From assembly GCA_963661545.1 (NCBI GenBank), contig CAVLCU010000001.1:51-64050 (forward strand): a stretch of DNA of 64,000 nt. The letters are read 5' to 3'. This DNA is from Lachnospiraceae bacterium. GTDB taxonomy: Bacteria > Bacillota > Clostridia > Lachnospirales > Lachnospiraceae. This document shows, piece by piece, positions 10,724-20,942 of this stretch. The notes beneath the pieces are model-generated. The model saw nothing but the letters and a program-made list of their open reading frames with translations. It made no database searches and was not told the origin of the DNA. Position 1 is the first letter of the stretch; each line of letters begins with the position of its first letter. The translations under genes were made by a program, and so were the position numbers.

Positions 10724-11569
10724 CTACTTTCTCATAATTTCCTGATATACCTCTCGCCTGGAACAGCCCCGATCCTGGGCCACCTGCCGCATAGCGGCCT
10801 TGCGTTCCATGCCCTGTTGGATATAGTAGGCCATATGGTCTTCCAGAGGCATCTCCAGCCAGGCTTTCTGTTCTTCCCGGATCTTCTCTTCCCGGGGCCT
10901 TCCGGCCAAGACCAGCACACACTCCCCCTTGGGAGGCTCTGCCTGGTAATAAGCCAGGGCCTGCCCCAGGGTGGTGCGAAAGACTGTCTCATGCTTCTTG
11001 GTCAGCTCCCGGCAGACGGTCACCTGCCTCTCCGGACCCAAACATTCCTGCAGCTCCTCCAGGGTCTTGCAAAGTCTATGAGGAGCTTCGTAGAGAAGGA
11101 TGGTTCGGGTCTCCTCCTTCAGCTCCTCCAGAATTGCTTTTCTCTCCTTCTTGTCCGAGGGCAGGAAGGCTTCAAAGGCGAAACGGCGGGTGGGAAGCCC
11201 TGACAGAGCCAGGGCAGTGACACAGGCGGAGGCTCCGGGCAGAACCGTCACCGGAATCCCTGCCTCATAGGCAAAAGCCACCAGCTCCTCCCCGGGATCC
11301 GAGATCCCCGGCATGCCGGCATCTGTAATCAGAGCAATCTTCTTCCCCGCCCTCAGCTGTTCCACCAAATCACGACCCTTATCTATCTTATTATACTCGT
11401 GATAGGAGGTCATGGGAGTATGAATATCAAAATGATTCAGCAGCTTGATACTGTTCCTGGTATCCTCCGCCGCGATCAGATCCACTTCCTTCAGGATCCG
11501 CACCACCCGGAAGGTCATATCCTCCAGATTCCCGATGGGAGTTGCACACAAATATAAGATTCCTGACAT
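10724..11569 (-). CDS. rsmI: 16S rRNA C1402 2'-O-methyltransferase
   Basis: MSGILYLCATPIGNLED, AAEDTR, DAGMPGISDPG, YEAPHR and RELTKKHE. Start at ATG 11569; the ORF-track upstream extension overlaps the neighbouring gene. Confidence 0.95.
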   Translation of the reverse strand: MSGILYLCATPIGNLEDMTFRVVRILKEVDLIAAEDTRNSIKLLNHFDIHTPMTSYHEYNKIDKGRDLVEQLRAGKKIALITDAGMPGISDPGEELVAFAYEAGIPVTVLPGASACVTALALSGLPTRRFAFEAFLPSDKKERKAILEELKEETRTILLYEAPHRLCKTLEELQECLGPERQVTVCRELTKKHETVFRTTLGQALAYYQAEPPKGECVLVLAGRPREEKIREEQKAWLEMPLEDHMAYYIQQGMERKAAMRQVAQDRGCSRREVYQEIMRK

Positions 11570-11583
11570 CTCGTCTCCCTCTT

Positions 11584-12324
11584 CTAACGTCCGTCTCCGT
11601 AGATTGCCCGAATATCCCGGGTATAGACTCCCTCTTTCTCGTAGACGATCAAGGGCTTGTCCACCCGAATGCGGGGATTGCCCCCCTTGCAGGCCTCCAG
11701 CAGAACCAGGTTGGGCTCCCGATCCACATAGGGATAGACCAGCTGCATCCTTTTGGGTTCCAGACCATATCGCATCAGCATGCCCATAAGCTCGGCCAGG
11801 CGAAAGGGCCGGTGAACCAGATAAAACCGCCCCCGGGAGGTCAAAACTCCAGCTGTCTCCCTTACCAGATCCTCCAGGCTGCACAAGACCTCATGTCTGG
11901 CTATGGCCTTGGCTGTCTGGGGATTCACAAGGCCATGATGCGCCGTCATATAGGGGGGATTGCTCACCACCACGTCAAAGGAAGCCGGGCCAAAGATGGC
12001 GGCGGCTTCTCTTATATCTCCCTCTACAATCCGGATTCTTCCCTCCAGGTCGTTATATCTCACACTGCGGGCAGCCATATCTGCACTTTTTTCCTGGATT
12101 TCCAGGCCCGTAAAGGACTCTCCCTGGGTTTTGGCTGCCAAAAGAATGGGCAGGATTCCCGTGCCGGTTCCCATATCCAGAACCCTCTCCCCCGCCTTGA
12201 CCCTGGCAAATCCGGACAAGAGAACCGCATCTATGCCATAACGGAAGCCCTCCCGGGACTGGATAATGAAAAAACCATTCTGCAGATCATCCAGGCTCTC
12301 ATCTTCCCTCAGTATTCCCTGCAT
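11584..12324 (-). CDS. tRNA1(Val) A37 N6-methyltransferase family (YabB/TrmN6-like)
   Basis: LDMGTGTG SAM-binding motif, NPPY, ARHE; conserved yaaT-yabB-rsmI gene order. Confidence 0.88.
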   Translation of the reverse strand: MQGILREDESLDDLQNGFFIIQSREGFRYGIDAVLLSGFARVKAGERVLDMGTGTGILPILLAAKTQGESFTGLEIQEKSADMAARSVRYNDLEGRIRIVEGDIREAAAIFGPASFDVVVSNPPYMTAHHGLVNPQTAKAIARHEVLCSLEDLVRETAGVLTSRGRFYLVHRPFRLAELMGMLMRYGLEPKRMQLVYPYVDREPNLVLLEACKGGNPRIRVDKPLIVYEKEGVYTRDIRAIYGDGR

Positions 12325-13524
12325 TTAGGAGCCCTCCTGCTCACTGCTGCGGTCTTTTCTCCGGTCTCTGCTTCGTCTTCGTTCCTTTCCCGGGACTCTT
12401 CCCGGATCTCTGCCTTGATCTCTGCCCTGACCTTTTCCCGCCTCCCCGGCCTCCGGATTGCGATCCTTGCCGTGATCCTTGGCCTGGTTCTTCTCTCGAT
12501 TCTTCTCTCGGTCTTTGGCATTCTGGTCTTTGGCATTCTCCCTGCTTCGGCTCTTGTTACGATCCCTGCCCTTATTCTTCTCCTTTGGCCGGTCGGAAGC
12601 TGCCTTAGCGCCCGCCTTCTTCTCCGACTCCTCTTTTCCCCGCAGTCTGGCCTTTTCCTCTCCTGCTTCCTCCGGATTGGCCTGGGAGTGGTCCTCGGGA
12701 CCCTTCTTGATCTTGGGTCTGATCTTCAATTCTCCCACGGGATAATCCTGCAATTCCTTCTCATCCCCCTCTTCAATCAGAACTCTTACGGTCTGACGAA
12801 GGACATTGACTGAATGCACGGACCCCCTTACACCATCCGGGGTAAGCACCAGATCTCCCACCCGTGGAAGCTGCTTATTCAGATATTCATAGGTATCCTG
12901 CTCATTCTTCAGGCAGCACATGAGCCGGCCGCAGGTTCCGGATATCTTGGCAGGATTCAGGGACAGGCTCTGCTCCTTGGCCATCCGGATAGAAACCGGG
13001 ACAAAATCCGATAGATACGTATGACAGCAAAGGGGGCGGCCGCAGATGCCGATGCCCCCCAGAATCTTGGTCTCATCCCGCACCCCAATCTGCCGCAGCT
13101 CAATCCGGGTCTTGAAAACGGAGGCCAGGTCCTTGACCAGCTCCCGAAAATCCACCCGCCCATCTGCGGTAAAATAAAACAAGACCTTACTGTTGTCAAA
13201 GGTATATTCCGCATCAATCAGCTTCATATCCAGGTTCCTGGCTCGGATCTTCTCCTGGCAAAGCCGGAAGGCCTCTCGCTCCTTTTGACGGTTATTCTCT
13301 TCCTTTGCCTGATCCTTGGGGGTGGCAATCCGCAATACCGCCTTCAGGGGCTGGAGCACCTTCTCCTCTTCCACCTCCCGGGGTCCCAACACTACCCTGC
13401 CATATTCGACCCCTCTGGCTGTCTCTACGATAACAGAGTCCCCAGCCTTAATGTCCAGAGATGCGGGATCAAAATAATAGACCTTCCCCACATTTCTAAA
13501 TCTAACTCCAATGATTCTGATCAT
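12325..13524 (-). CDS. ricT: PSP1-domain protein YaaT/RicT with charged low-complexity tail
   Basis: FYFTADGRVDFRELVKDLA, GGIGICGRPLCC and CGRLMCCL motifs. Confidence 0.88.
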   Translation of the reverse strand: MIRIIGVRFRNVGKVYYFDPASLDIKAGDSVIVETARGVEYGRVVLGPREVEEEKVLQPLKAVLRIATPKDQAKEENNRQKEREAFRLCQEKIRARNLDMKLIDAEYTFDNSKVLFYFTADGRVDFRELVKDLASVFKTRIELRQIGVRDETKILGGIGICGRPLCCHTYLSDFVPVSIRMAKEQSLSLNPAKISGTCGRLMCCLKNEQDTYEYLNKQLPRVGDLVLTPDGVRGSVHSVNVLRQTVRVLIEEGDEKELQDYPVGELKIRPKIKKGPEDHSQANPEEAGEEKARLRGKEESEKKAGAKAASDRPKEKNKGRDRNKSRSRENAKDQNAKDREKNREKNQAKDHGKDRNPEAGEAGKGQGRDQGRDPGRVPGKERRRSRDRRKDRSSEQEGS

Positions 13525-13526
13525 GC

Positions 13527-14549
13527 CTAGTTCTCCCTGATTGTCAGGAACAGCAGCTCCATAGCCAGGTCAAAATTCACATTGGCCCGCAGGCGGCTGT
13601 CCCCTGTATGAATTGCCTCAAGGATCCGTTCCAGGCCCTCATAGGAGCTGATGGCAGCCCGTTCCTTGATGGAATTGATCTCTTCCTTAAATACCAGATG
13701 ATCCACTTCTCTGGTGGCTTTGAACAGGAGGACATCCCTAAACCAGATCTGGAAGAGGTTGAGATAATCCTGAATATTCTGCTTATCCGCGGACATGACC
13801 TTCACCGCGTCCACCAGCTCGTAGACCTCCATCTCCCGGGAATGCTTCAGCAATCGCAGTGCATTGTCCGTCAATTCCCTGAAGTCCCCTGAACCGGCGA
13901 TCTGTCTGGCCCTACCCACGTTTCCCTGGGCAAAGGAAGCCTGAATCTCCGCCTGGTAATCGGGAACATGCATCTGGTCCATCAGATATTCCTTGACCAG
14001 GCTGTCCCCCACCGGCTTCAGATTCAGCTGTACGCAGCGAGAGGTGATAGTGGGCAGAAGAGCCTCCGGATTATCTGCCAGCAGGAGAAGGATCCCATAA
14101 GCAGGAGGCTCTTCAATGGTCTTCAGGAGGGCATTCTGAGCCTGCAAGGTCAGCTTGTCTGCTTCATCGATGATATAGATCTTGTAAGGACTCTCGTAGG
14201 GCTTAATGGTTATGTCCTGGATGACCTGACTGCGGATCTCCTCAACACCGATGGAATTGGGCTTCTCATGGGTCACCCAGATGATGTCCGGTTGATTGCC
14301 GGTCAGAGCCTTCTTGCAGGAAATACAAGCCATGCAGGGCTCTGCCTCCTGACCCCGGTCCCGGCATTGCAAGGTCATGGCAAATAAGGAAGCCAGGGTC
14401 TTCTTGCCTGAACCATGCTCCCCGCTGAAAATATATGCATGGGACACCTTGTCCCGGCAAATGGCCTGCTGCAGGTGGGCGATAATCTCCTCATGCCCTA
14501 CCAGGCCCCCAAAACCCTTGGTCACTCCCAATTCCTCCATCTCATTCAC
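13527..14549 (-). CDS. holB: DNA polymerase III delta' subunit
   Basis: SHAYIFSGEHGSGKK, Zn-binding CxxCxxC, AQNALLKTIEEPP, TITSRC. Confidence 0.93.
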   Translation of the reverse strand: MNEMEELGVTKGFGGLVGHEEIIAHLQQAICRDKVSHAYIFSGEHGSGKKTLASLFAMTLQCRDRGQEAEPCMACISCKKALTGNQPDIIWVTHEKPNSIGVEEIRSQVIQDITIKPYESPYKIYIIDEADKLTLQAQNALLKTIEEPPAYGILLLLADNPEALLPTITSRCVQLNLKPVGDSLVKEYLMDQMHVPDYQAEIQASFAQGNVGRARQIAGSGDFRELTDNALRLLKHSREMEVYELVDAVKVMSADKQNIQDYLNLFQIWFRDVLLFKATREVDHLVFKEEINSIKERAAISSYEGLERILEAIHTGDSRLRANVNFDLAMELLFLTIREN

Positions 14550-14652
14550 CTCCCGAAATACAGCTCTAAGCGGTGGATTCCAGCGCCGCTCTCAGAAGCA
14601 ATTTCATCCTACAGTATAGCATAGATTCCGCGGGAGTGTCAAAATATCTTGC

Positions 14653-14688
14653 AAAAAAGCCCTGTGGGATCATGGATCCCACAGGGCA
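14653..14688 (-). terminator. Intrinsic terminator after the 2068-aa surface protein gene
   Basis: GCCCTGTGGGATC-ATG-GATCCCACAGGGC with an A-run on the + strand (U-tail on the minus strand). Confidence 0.8.
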
Positions 14689-14724
14689 TAGGCTTTTGAC
14701 CCTGTAAGCAGGGCTACTTATCCC

Positions 14725-17700
14725 TTACTTCTTGCTTTTCTTTTTGACCCGATAGACCACCAGGCCTCCCAGGGCTCCGCAGCATACCACCAGGGCAAGC
14801 ACCCAGGGCAGGGAATTCGTGGTGTCTCCCGTGTTCACATTCTTGCTTGTTTTGCTGCTTCCGGAGGTCTTACTGCCGGAATTTCCAGAGCCAGTCGGCG
14901 TAGCCGTTGGGGTCTGTCCATCCGGGGTAATCGACGGCTTCGTTCCATCCGGAGTAGGTGTCGGTGTCGTCTGTCCATCCGGAGTGGGAGTAGGTGTCGG
15001 CTCCTCATCCTGCTTCTGATAGGTATATTCTGCTGTTCCGCTGGTCCAAAGGCCTTCCTTTACCGCAATGGCCTTCAAGGTCGTGGTGGCAGCACCCTCA
15101 AGAACCGTAATGGTTTCTCCCTCCTGGTAGAGCTTACAGGTCTCGCTTTCCTCTGCTGTCGGCTCAGAGCCATCCAGGGTGTAATAAATGCTGGCACCTT
15201 CTGTCTCACAGGTCAGACGGACATATTGCTTATCTGTATAAGTCCCCGACTCCAGGGATGCCACCGGCACGGCCACGCTGGCCGCCGACTCTATGGTCAC
15301 GGTCAAGCTGACCTCTGTAGATACCTGACCTGCATCCACATATTCCGGTATGGCAACACTGCCGGTAATGGTTCTGATCTGGGCATTCAGATCCGATGCA
15401 TCATAGACCGGCTCCTCATTCCAGGTGATGGAGGTCTTCACCGATGTGGCATCGGACAGGATCAGAGTGGTCTCCGTAGGCAGGTTCCAATTGCCCGCTG
15501 CCGCATTGTCTCTGGAGACACCCATGTCTTCCGGCTGTCCCACGGAAATGAGCTTGGCTTTTCCTGTCTTGGGGAAGGTGATATTGAGGACTTCCTTGCC
15601 CTCCTCCTTGCTTACCCTGGCAGTTACCTCCACCTCTTCTCCGCTGGTATCCTTTACCTTTACCACAAGCTTATCCGAGAGGACGTACTTCATAGCCGAT
15701 CCCTGACTCTCAGAATCAAAGGCAAGCTTGGCGGTATAGGCCGTATCATAGGCTGGCATGGTATCCCCGGGATTCCATACAAGCTTCTTGATATACTTTG
15801 TGATATCATATTGCTCTTCCACCGTAGCATAAGCCTGGGTGACACTTTCTGCCAGCTCTCTTCCCAGAGTCGGCGCTTCCATGGTCAGATCCAGCTGGGC
15901 AACAATGGGGTTGTAGATAGCTGTCAATTCCACATTGCCGGTCAAACTGTCGATGGTCAGGGTATCGCTGGTCTTGTCTCCGCTGACACCCTCCGGGAGG
16001 GACTCCCACTGTTCGAACTGTTCTCCACCCTCGCTGGGAGCTACTATGACAACCTTATCCCCCTTATAATAGGAGTAGGTCTTAGGAGTATCCCAAAGGC
16101 CCTCTGTCTTGAAACCGGTATCCTTCCCCTGGATGGATAAGGTAAAGGGATTATTCAATACATAGGCTGCCGCTGTCCCGGTGGATTTGCCCCCCAGCTC
16201 ACTTTCTGCCCAGGCTGTCACATAGAAGCTGGACTTGCAGCCCTCCTCACCGGTCAGCACAAGGCTTCCCTCCGTATAAACCCGGGGCGAGCCGCCATCC
16301 ACCTGGTAATAGATGGTTGACCCTTCTGTCTCACAGGTCATAACAATACTAAGGCTCTTCTGGTTATAGGTGCCGCCCTCTGTTACAATGACCGGAGCCG
16401 CTGTTACCGGCTTCGCATGGACGTTGAGAACCACCTTCAGGCTCTGCTTGTCTTCCTCTGCCTGCAGATCCGTCACAGACGAAAGATCCAGAGGTATCTG
16501 GAAGCTTCCACCTGTCTTAACAATGCCATCCACCAGGAAGGCGGACAGATCCAGGTTGGACAGATCCAGGGGCAGGCTTCTGTCCCCGATCTGGGTCATT
16601 ACCACCGTACTCTGAGGAAGCAATGCCCGCAGGGCTTCCTCTGTGGTATCATCCGTAACATCCAGGGTAAGATCCGGCACTTGGGTAATCTTAGCCTTAT
16701 CTGTCACAATGGCATTTCCTTCCAGCTGAAGCTTGCCCTTGTCATCCACAGAAGCGCTTGCCGCCTGCTGGGCTGCCTCTCCGCTGTATACTACCTGAAC
16801 ATTTTCCTGAGAAAGGTCATAGGCAAATACCAGATCCTTCTGCAGATCCGAAGCTAGGGAGACTACAACCGCATAAGCGGTGCCATAATCCGCATTGCCG
16901 GTCACCAGACGACTGCCCTCTTCCTTGATCTCCTTCCAGAGTACCGGTACGGTTGCTGTTTTTTCACCGCCATCGGTGCCTGTCCAGGAAAGAACTCCGG
17001 TCTCGGCAAAGGCTGCATTGGCCACCGGCTTATCCACGGTCAGAGTCAGGCTGCTGATGCGGGTCACATAATCCGCTGTCAGTTCTACCTCTGCCTCCGG
17101 CATGGTAAATCTTGCCACTACATCGGTCATATCCGCCAGGGTAATATCCTGGATCTCCTCTCCCTTCACGGAAACTGCCTTCGTCCAGGCCTTGAAGGCC
17201 TTGCCGGTGTCTGTTCCTGTTCCGTCAATCTCCACCGCAAGTCCGGCTCGATAGCTGCCAACCACCTCTCCGTTGACCTTCACACTGTAGCTTCTGCCGA
17301 CGGTATAGGTCTTGGTTACTACCTCAGAGGTATTCCCGCAATATACCGCAGTCATCTGCACCTCATATGTGGTATCCCCACTGGTATCTGAGGTCAGGGT
17401 AATGGGCTTATTGTAGGGCTTCCAATCTCCATAGTCTGCATCCCCGGACTTCCTGGTCCGGTAATAAATGCCGGCTCCCTGGGTAGAGGTACTTAAGGTC
17501 AGGGTAGCGCTGCTCTCCGTCCATTGATCGGTCACAGAGGGTACCACATCCGTTACAATCTGATAGGTCTTGTTGGCTTCGTTGCTGGTATAGAAGCTGT
17601 CATAGGAACGCAGCCATGCATAGTTAATCTCCGGATAATGTCCCTGGGCCAGGGCTGTGACATTGTTGGCCAAGGTACCTACCACCACCTGCCAGGGGTA

Positions 17701-20700
17701 GTTGTCGGTATAATTTTCATTGGTATTGGTAATGCCCTCCGTGACCTTGGTGGTGGCGCCTCCCTCCAAGGCCTTGCTGCTATTCCAATCTTCTACATAG
17801 TTATTATAATCCACCTCCACAAGGCGCAGAACAATATCAATCAGAGTATTCATGGCCTCGTGCAGTTCACTCTTCTCTTTATCCGTCAGGTAGCTGGCAA
17901 CGGATTGTCCGGCCACCGGCTTCTTCTCGATCAGGGTATTCCAGAAGGTGTCAAACCAGCCTTTGCGTTCTGCTGTGGTACGGTCTGTCCAGGTACCAAT
18001 GCACTTTCTCCAGATCGATGTGGTATCGAGACTGCTGGCATTGGCCATTACTGCAGACAGCATCCCATCCAGCTCTTCACTGCTCTTGCTGAAGAAGATC
18101 TTGGTCAGGGTCTGAAGGGCGGTCTGGAAAGTAACCGTCGCTCCTCCCCGCTCTGCCACATATTCATTGTAGCTCTTGCGGAAATCCGCCTCTCCTCCCT
18201 TATAGAAGCCCCAGGACTGAAGTGCTCTGCAGAAGATCTGGAGGTAATCCTCCTGGGTCATACGAGAACCCTTCTGGGGTTCTATCTCGTCAATCATATC
18301 ATATCCGATCATGGTTCTTACGTAATTCACCGTAGCCAGTCGGAAACGATCATAGAAGTAAATATTCTCCGCATCCACCGATGCCAGCTGCTTCAGCATC
18401 AGGGCACGCTGTTTGCCATAATTGGTCTTGTCCGTTACCGTATCATCCACGGTATAAGAACTGTTGTCATGCCAGGTTTTGTAGCTGCTGGCCCAGGACT
18501 GTCCGCTGACAAAGGACCAGTTGCTGGTATCGCTTGACACTGTAGTCTCTGCTGCACTGCCCGGTACATAGTGATCTACACCATAACGGATGAAGCCCAT
18601 CTCCTTGGGAGCTACCAGGGGAACAATATCTACCTTATTGATGCAATTGTGAATGGAATAATAAGCGCTTTCCTCGCATTGCATCTCTGAATTCAGACCG
18701 CCCTTGGGAGCCTCAAAGCAATAAGCATAGACCTGATTGCTCTTTGCCAGGTCATTGTTGTCCTGACTGCAGGCATAGGCCTCGATCAGCCTCTTGGCAG
18801 TCAGATTGGACACAGCTCCTCCTCGGGAATATCCCGCTATCCAGAACTTGATCCGTCCCTTGCTAAGCGCATCCTCCAGGCCATAATTCTTGATATAGGC
18901 CTGAACCAGTTCAAAGACGGTATTTGCCGCAGTTGCAAAGCCTTGATGTTCCCCGCTGGTTCCTACCGTTGTATTGCCGTACCACTCTCTTTCATAACCG
19001 GCGCCACGCATGGCAATAGGTACCAGGATATATTCCTCGTCACCGCTGGTGATGGTTTTCTGACCGATAGCCACTCCGATGGAATCGATAGAGGGCTTCA
19101 CGGTTTGGGTCTCACTGATATAGATATCATCCGTAGCCACCCCTATATCCGTGAAGAGCTTCTCAATATTCTGTGACTTATAGGTATATTTCCGGTTTTC
19201 TGATTCCAGGGAACCATCGTTGCCGATATTGGAATAAAAGCCGGCGAGAGCCATGGACATGGACATGGTGGCCAGATGCTCATTGTATTGGGTCGGATCT
19301 CCGGCATCCCCATCCTGGTCTCCATTCAGGAAAAAGCCGTCCGAATAATAGAACTTTGCATCCAGGTCCTCATCCGACTCTACCACGGATGGATAAGAGA
19401 AATATCCCTCCAGCAGATCCTGGCCATTATAGCCATTCTCGGTGACCTTGGTATCGGGAGCGACCTCCTCAATGGTAGTCGTAACATCCGAAGCGGATTT
19501 TTTCTTGATCTTTAACTGGGAGGCACCCTCATCATACTTGATGATATATTCCTTGCCATCCTTGTCATTGTCATAGAAGAAGGCATTGGCATAGAAGAAG
19601 CTGGCCTCCTTGCCGATGACTCTTTCTGTTTTCCCCTCCGTCCGGATTCCGATCTCCGATCTTCCGCTGGGCGCGCCGATGATATAGGCTGTCGATGCCA
19701 GTCCATCCTGCAGATACAGGTCATCGTCCGTGGAAGAGTCCCCATCTCGTTTATTGTCCTTGATAATAACCCTTCCGCTTAAGGCAATATCATTCAGGCT
19801 GTCCGAATAGACACCGCCGCCCGCCTCGCTGGCCTTGTTGCCAGTAATGGTACAGGAGGAAATGGTATTCTTATCATTGTTATTGTAGATACCGCCGCCA
19901 TTGCCGCCGGATGCACAATTTACGATCTTGCAGTTGGCAATTGTGATGCTCTCCTGATCCAGGTAAATGGCGCCGCCATGGCTAAAGGAGGAATCCCCGT
20001 CAAAGGTAATGCCGCTGATAGAACCTTCGTTGCTAGTGCCGGTTTGACAAGTATAAATAGCTCCTCCATATCCGCCGCCACTGCCTTTCCTGGCCCTATT
20101 TTTGGAGATAGAACCCGTGGAATCCGTAGAGGTCAGGGTGAATTCAGGATAATTAAAGTAAATTCCACCGCCAGCCTCCGCAGAGTTGGAATCAATCCTG
20201 GAATTGTTGGTCATCTCAATGACGCAATGCCGATCGCCGGAATAGATACCGCCTCCATAAGGCCCGGCATAGTTATTGGAAATACTTGCATTGTCCATGC
20301 GAAGGGTAAAGTATTCCTCATAGGCATAAATACCGGCGCCATATTTTTCACATTGGTTATCTGTGATGGCAGCACCGTTTCTCATAACAACTTCACAATT
20401 ATCGCCATTGATCGACACACCGCCGCCATAGCCTGCGTTGTAACAGCCTGCAATGGCCACATTGTCAAGGATCAGCTTGGAGCCCTCTTTCATATGTACA
20501 CCGGCGCCGTCTTCATCGCAATTCAGGCAGGTAATCAGACCGCCTGTGGTAATGGAAGTATACCGATAGTTGATAGAGGTCTGGGGTCTGTTATTACCCA
20601 AAAAGGTAAGGGTGGAACCCTTCCCCGCATAGAAGACCGGCCCATAGGCGGAATAAATCCTATATCCATTCATCTCTATGGTAGCCGTTTTGTTGTCGGG

Positions 20701-20931
20701 AAGGGTAAGGCTCTTCTCTCCCATCTCCCAATTGCGTTGAAGGATAATCTTCTTCCCGGCCGTTGCCGCATTCCAGGCAGCATCCACGGAGGTATATTGC
20801 GCCCCGTCCTCAGATACCGCATAAGCCTCGTCCGCTGCCAGAACAGGCAGGGGCTCGATCAGGGTTGCGGATATCATAATCAGTGCCAGCAAAAAACTTA
20901 TGATTTTTTCTCGCCATCTGTGCTTTCCCAT
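14725..20931 (-). CDS. Large sortase-anchored surface protein: beta-helix repeats, lipase-like alpha/beta hydrolase, Ig/Fn3-like stalk
   Basis: Signal peptide; repeated GGGIY/GGAIY units; WIAGYSRGG nucleophile elbow, DIVPLV and GHYPEINYAWL; repeated TCETEGxxIYY (chitobiase/Fn3-associated) modules; PT linker; VNTGD + TM + KKKSKK. Confidence 0.8.
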   Translation of the reverse strand: MGKHRWREKIISFLLALIMISATLIEPLPVLAADEAYAVSEDGAQYTSVDAAWNAATAGKKIILQRNWEMGEKSLTLPDNKTATIEMNGYRIYSAYGPVFYAGKGSTLTFLGNNRPQTSINYRYTSITTGGLITCLNCDEDGAGVHMKEGSKLILDNVAIAGCYNAGYGGGVSINGDNCEVVMRNGAAITDNQCEKYGAGIYAYEEYFTLRMDNASISNNYAGPYGGGIYSGDRHCVIEMTNNSRIDSNSAEAGGGIYFNYPEFTLTSTDSTGSISKNRARKGSGGGYGGAIYTCQTGTSNEGSISGITFDGDSSFSHGGAIYLDQESITIANCKIVNCASGGNGGGIYNNNDKNTISSCTITGNKASEAGGGVYSDSLNDIALSGRVIIKDNKRDGDSSTDDDLYLQDGLASTAYIIGAPSGRSEIGIRTEGKTERVIGKEASFFYANAFFYDNDKDGKEYIIKYDEGASQLKIKKKSASDVTTTIEEVAPDTKVTENGYNGQDLLEGYFSYPSVVESDEDLDAKFYYSDGFFLNGDQDGDAGDPTQYNEHLATMSMSMALAGFYSNIGNDGSLESENRKYTYKSQNIEKLFTDIGVATDDIYISETQTVKPSIDSIGVAIGQKTITSGDEEYILVPIAMRGAGYEREWYGNTTVGTSGEHQGFATAANTVFELVQAYIKNYGLEDALSKGRIKFWIAGYSRGGAVSNLTAKRLIEAYACSQDNNDLAKSNQVYAYCFEAPKGGLNSEMQCEESAYYSIHNCINKVDIVPLVAPKEMGFIRYGVDHYVPGSAAETTVSSDTSNWSFVSGQSWASSYKTWHDNSSYTVDDTVTDKTNYGKQRALMLKQLASVDAENIYFYDRFRLATVNYVRTMIGYDMIDEIEPQKGSRMTQEDYLQIFCRALQSWGFYKGGEADFRKSYNEYVAERGGATVTFQTALQTLTKIFFSKSSEELDGMLSAVMANASSLDTTSIWRKCIGTWTDRTTAERKGWFDTFWNTLIEKKPVAGQSVASYLTDKEKSELHEAMNTLIDIVLRLVEVDYNNYVEDWNSSKALEGGATTKVTEGITNTNENYTDNYPWQVVVGTLANNVTALAQGHYPEINYAWLRSYDSFYTSNEANKTYQIVTDVVPSVTDQWTESSATLTLSTSTQGAGIYYRTRKSGDADYGDWKPYNKPITLTSDTSGDTTYEVQMTAVYCGNTSEVVTKTYTVGRSYSVKVNGEVVGSYRAGLAVEIDGTGTDTGKAFKAWTKAVSVKGEEIQDITLADMTDVVARFTMPEAEVELTADYVTRISSLTLTVDKPVANAAFAETGVLSWTGTDGGEKTATVPVLWKEIKEEGSRLVTGNADYGTAYAVVVSLASDLQKDLVFAYDLSQENVQVVYSGEAAQQAASASVDDKGKLQLEGNAIVTDKAKITQVPDLTLDVTDDTTEEALRALLPQSTVVMTQIGDRSLPLDLSNLDLSAFLVDGIVKTGGSFQIPLDLSSVTDLQAEEDKQSLKVVLNVHAKPVTAAPVIVTEGGTYNQKSLSIVMTCETEGSTIYYQVDGGSPRVYTEGSLVLTGEEGCKSSFYVTAWAESELGGKSTGTAAAYVLNNPFTLSIQGKDTGFKTEGLWDTPKTYSYYKGDKVVIVAPSEGGEQFEQWESLPEGVSGDKTSDTLTIDSLTGNVELTAIYNPIVAQLDLTMEAPTLGRELAESVTQAYATVEEQYDITKYIKKLVWNPGDTMPAYDTAYTAKLAFDSESQGSAMKYVLSDKLVVKVKDTSGEEVEVTARVSKEEGKEVLNITFPKTGKAKLISVGQPEDMGVSRDNAAAGNWNLPTETTLILSDATSVKTSITWNEEPVYDASDLNAQIRTITGSVAIPEYVDAGQVSTEVSLTVTIESAASVAVPVASLESGTYTDKQYVRLTCETEGASIYYTLDGSEPTAEESETCKLYQEGETITVLEGAATTTLKAIAVKEGLWTSGTAEYTYQKQDEEPTPTPTPDGQTTPTPTPDGTKPSITPDGQTPTATPTGSGNSGSKTSGSSKTSKNVNTGDTTNSLPWVLALVVCCGALGGLVVYRVKKKSKK

Positions 20932-20942
20932 GACTTCCTCCT

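Noticed and set aside
11570..11884. N-terminal extension of RsmI
   Set aside because: It overlaps the methyltransferase gene, and RsmI similarity starts at 11569.
12325..12720. Charged C-terminal tail of RicT/YaaT, open in several frames
   Set aside because: Low-complexity extension with no evidence for a separate gene or a frameshift.
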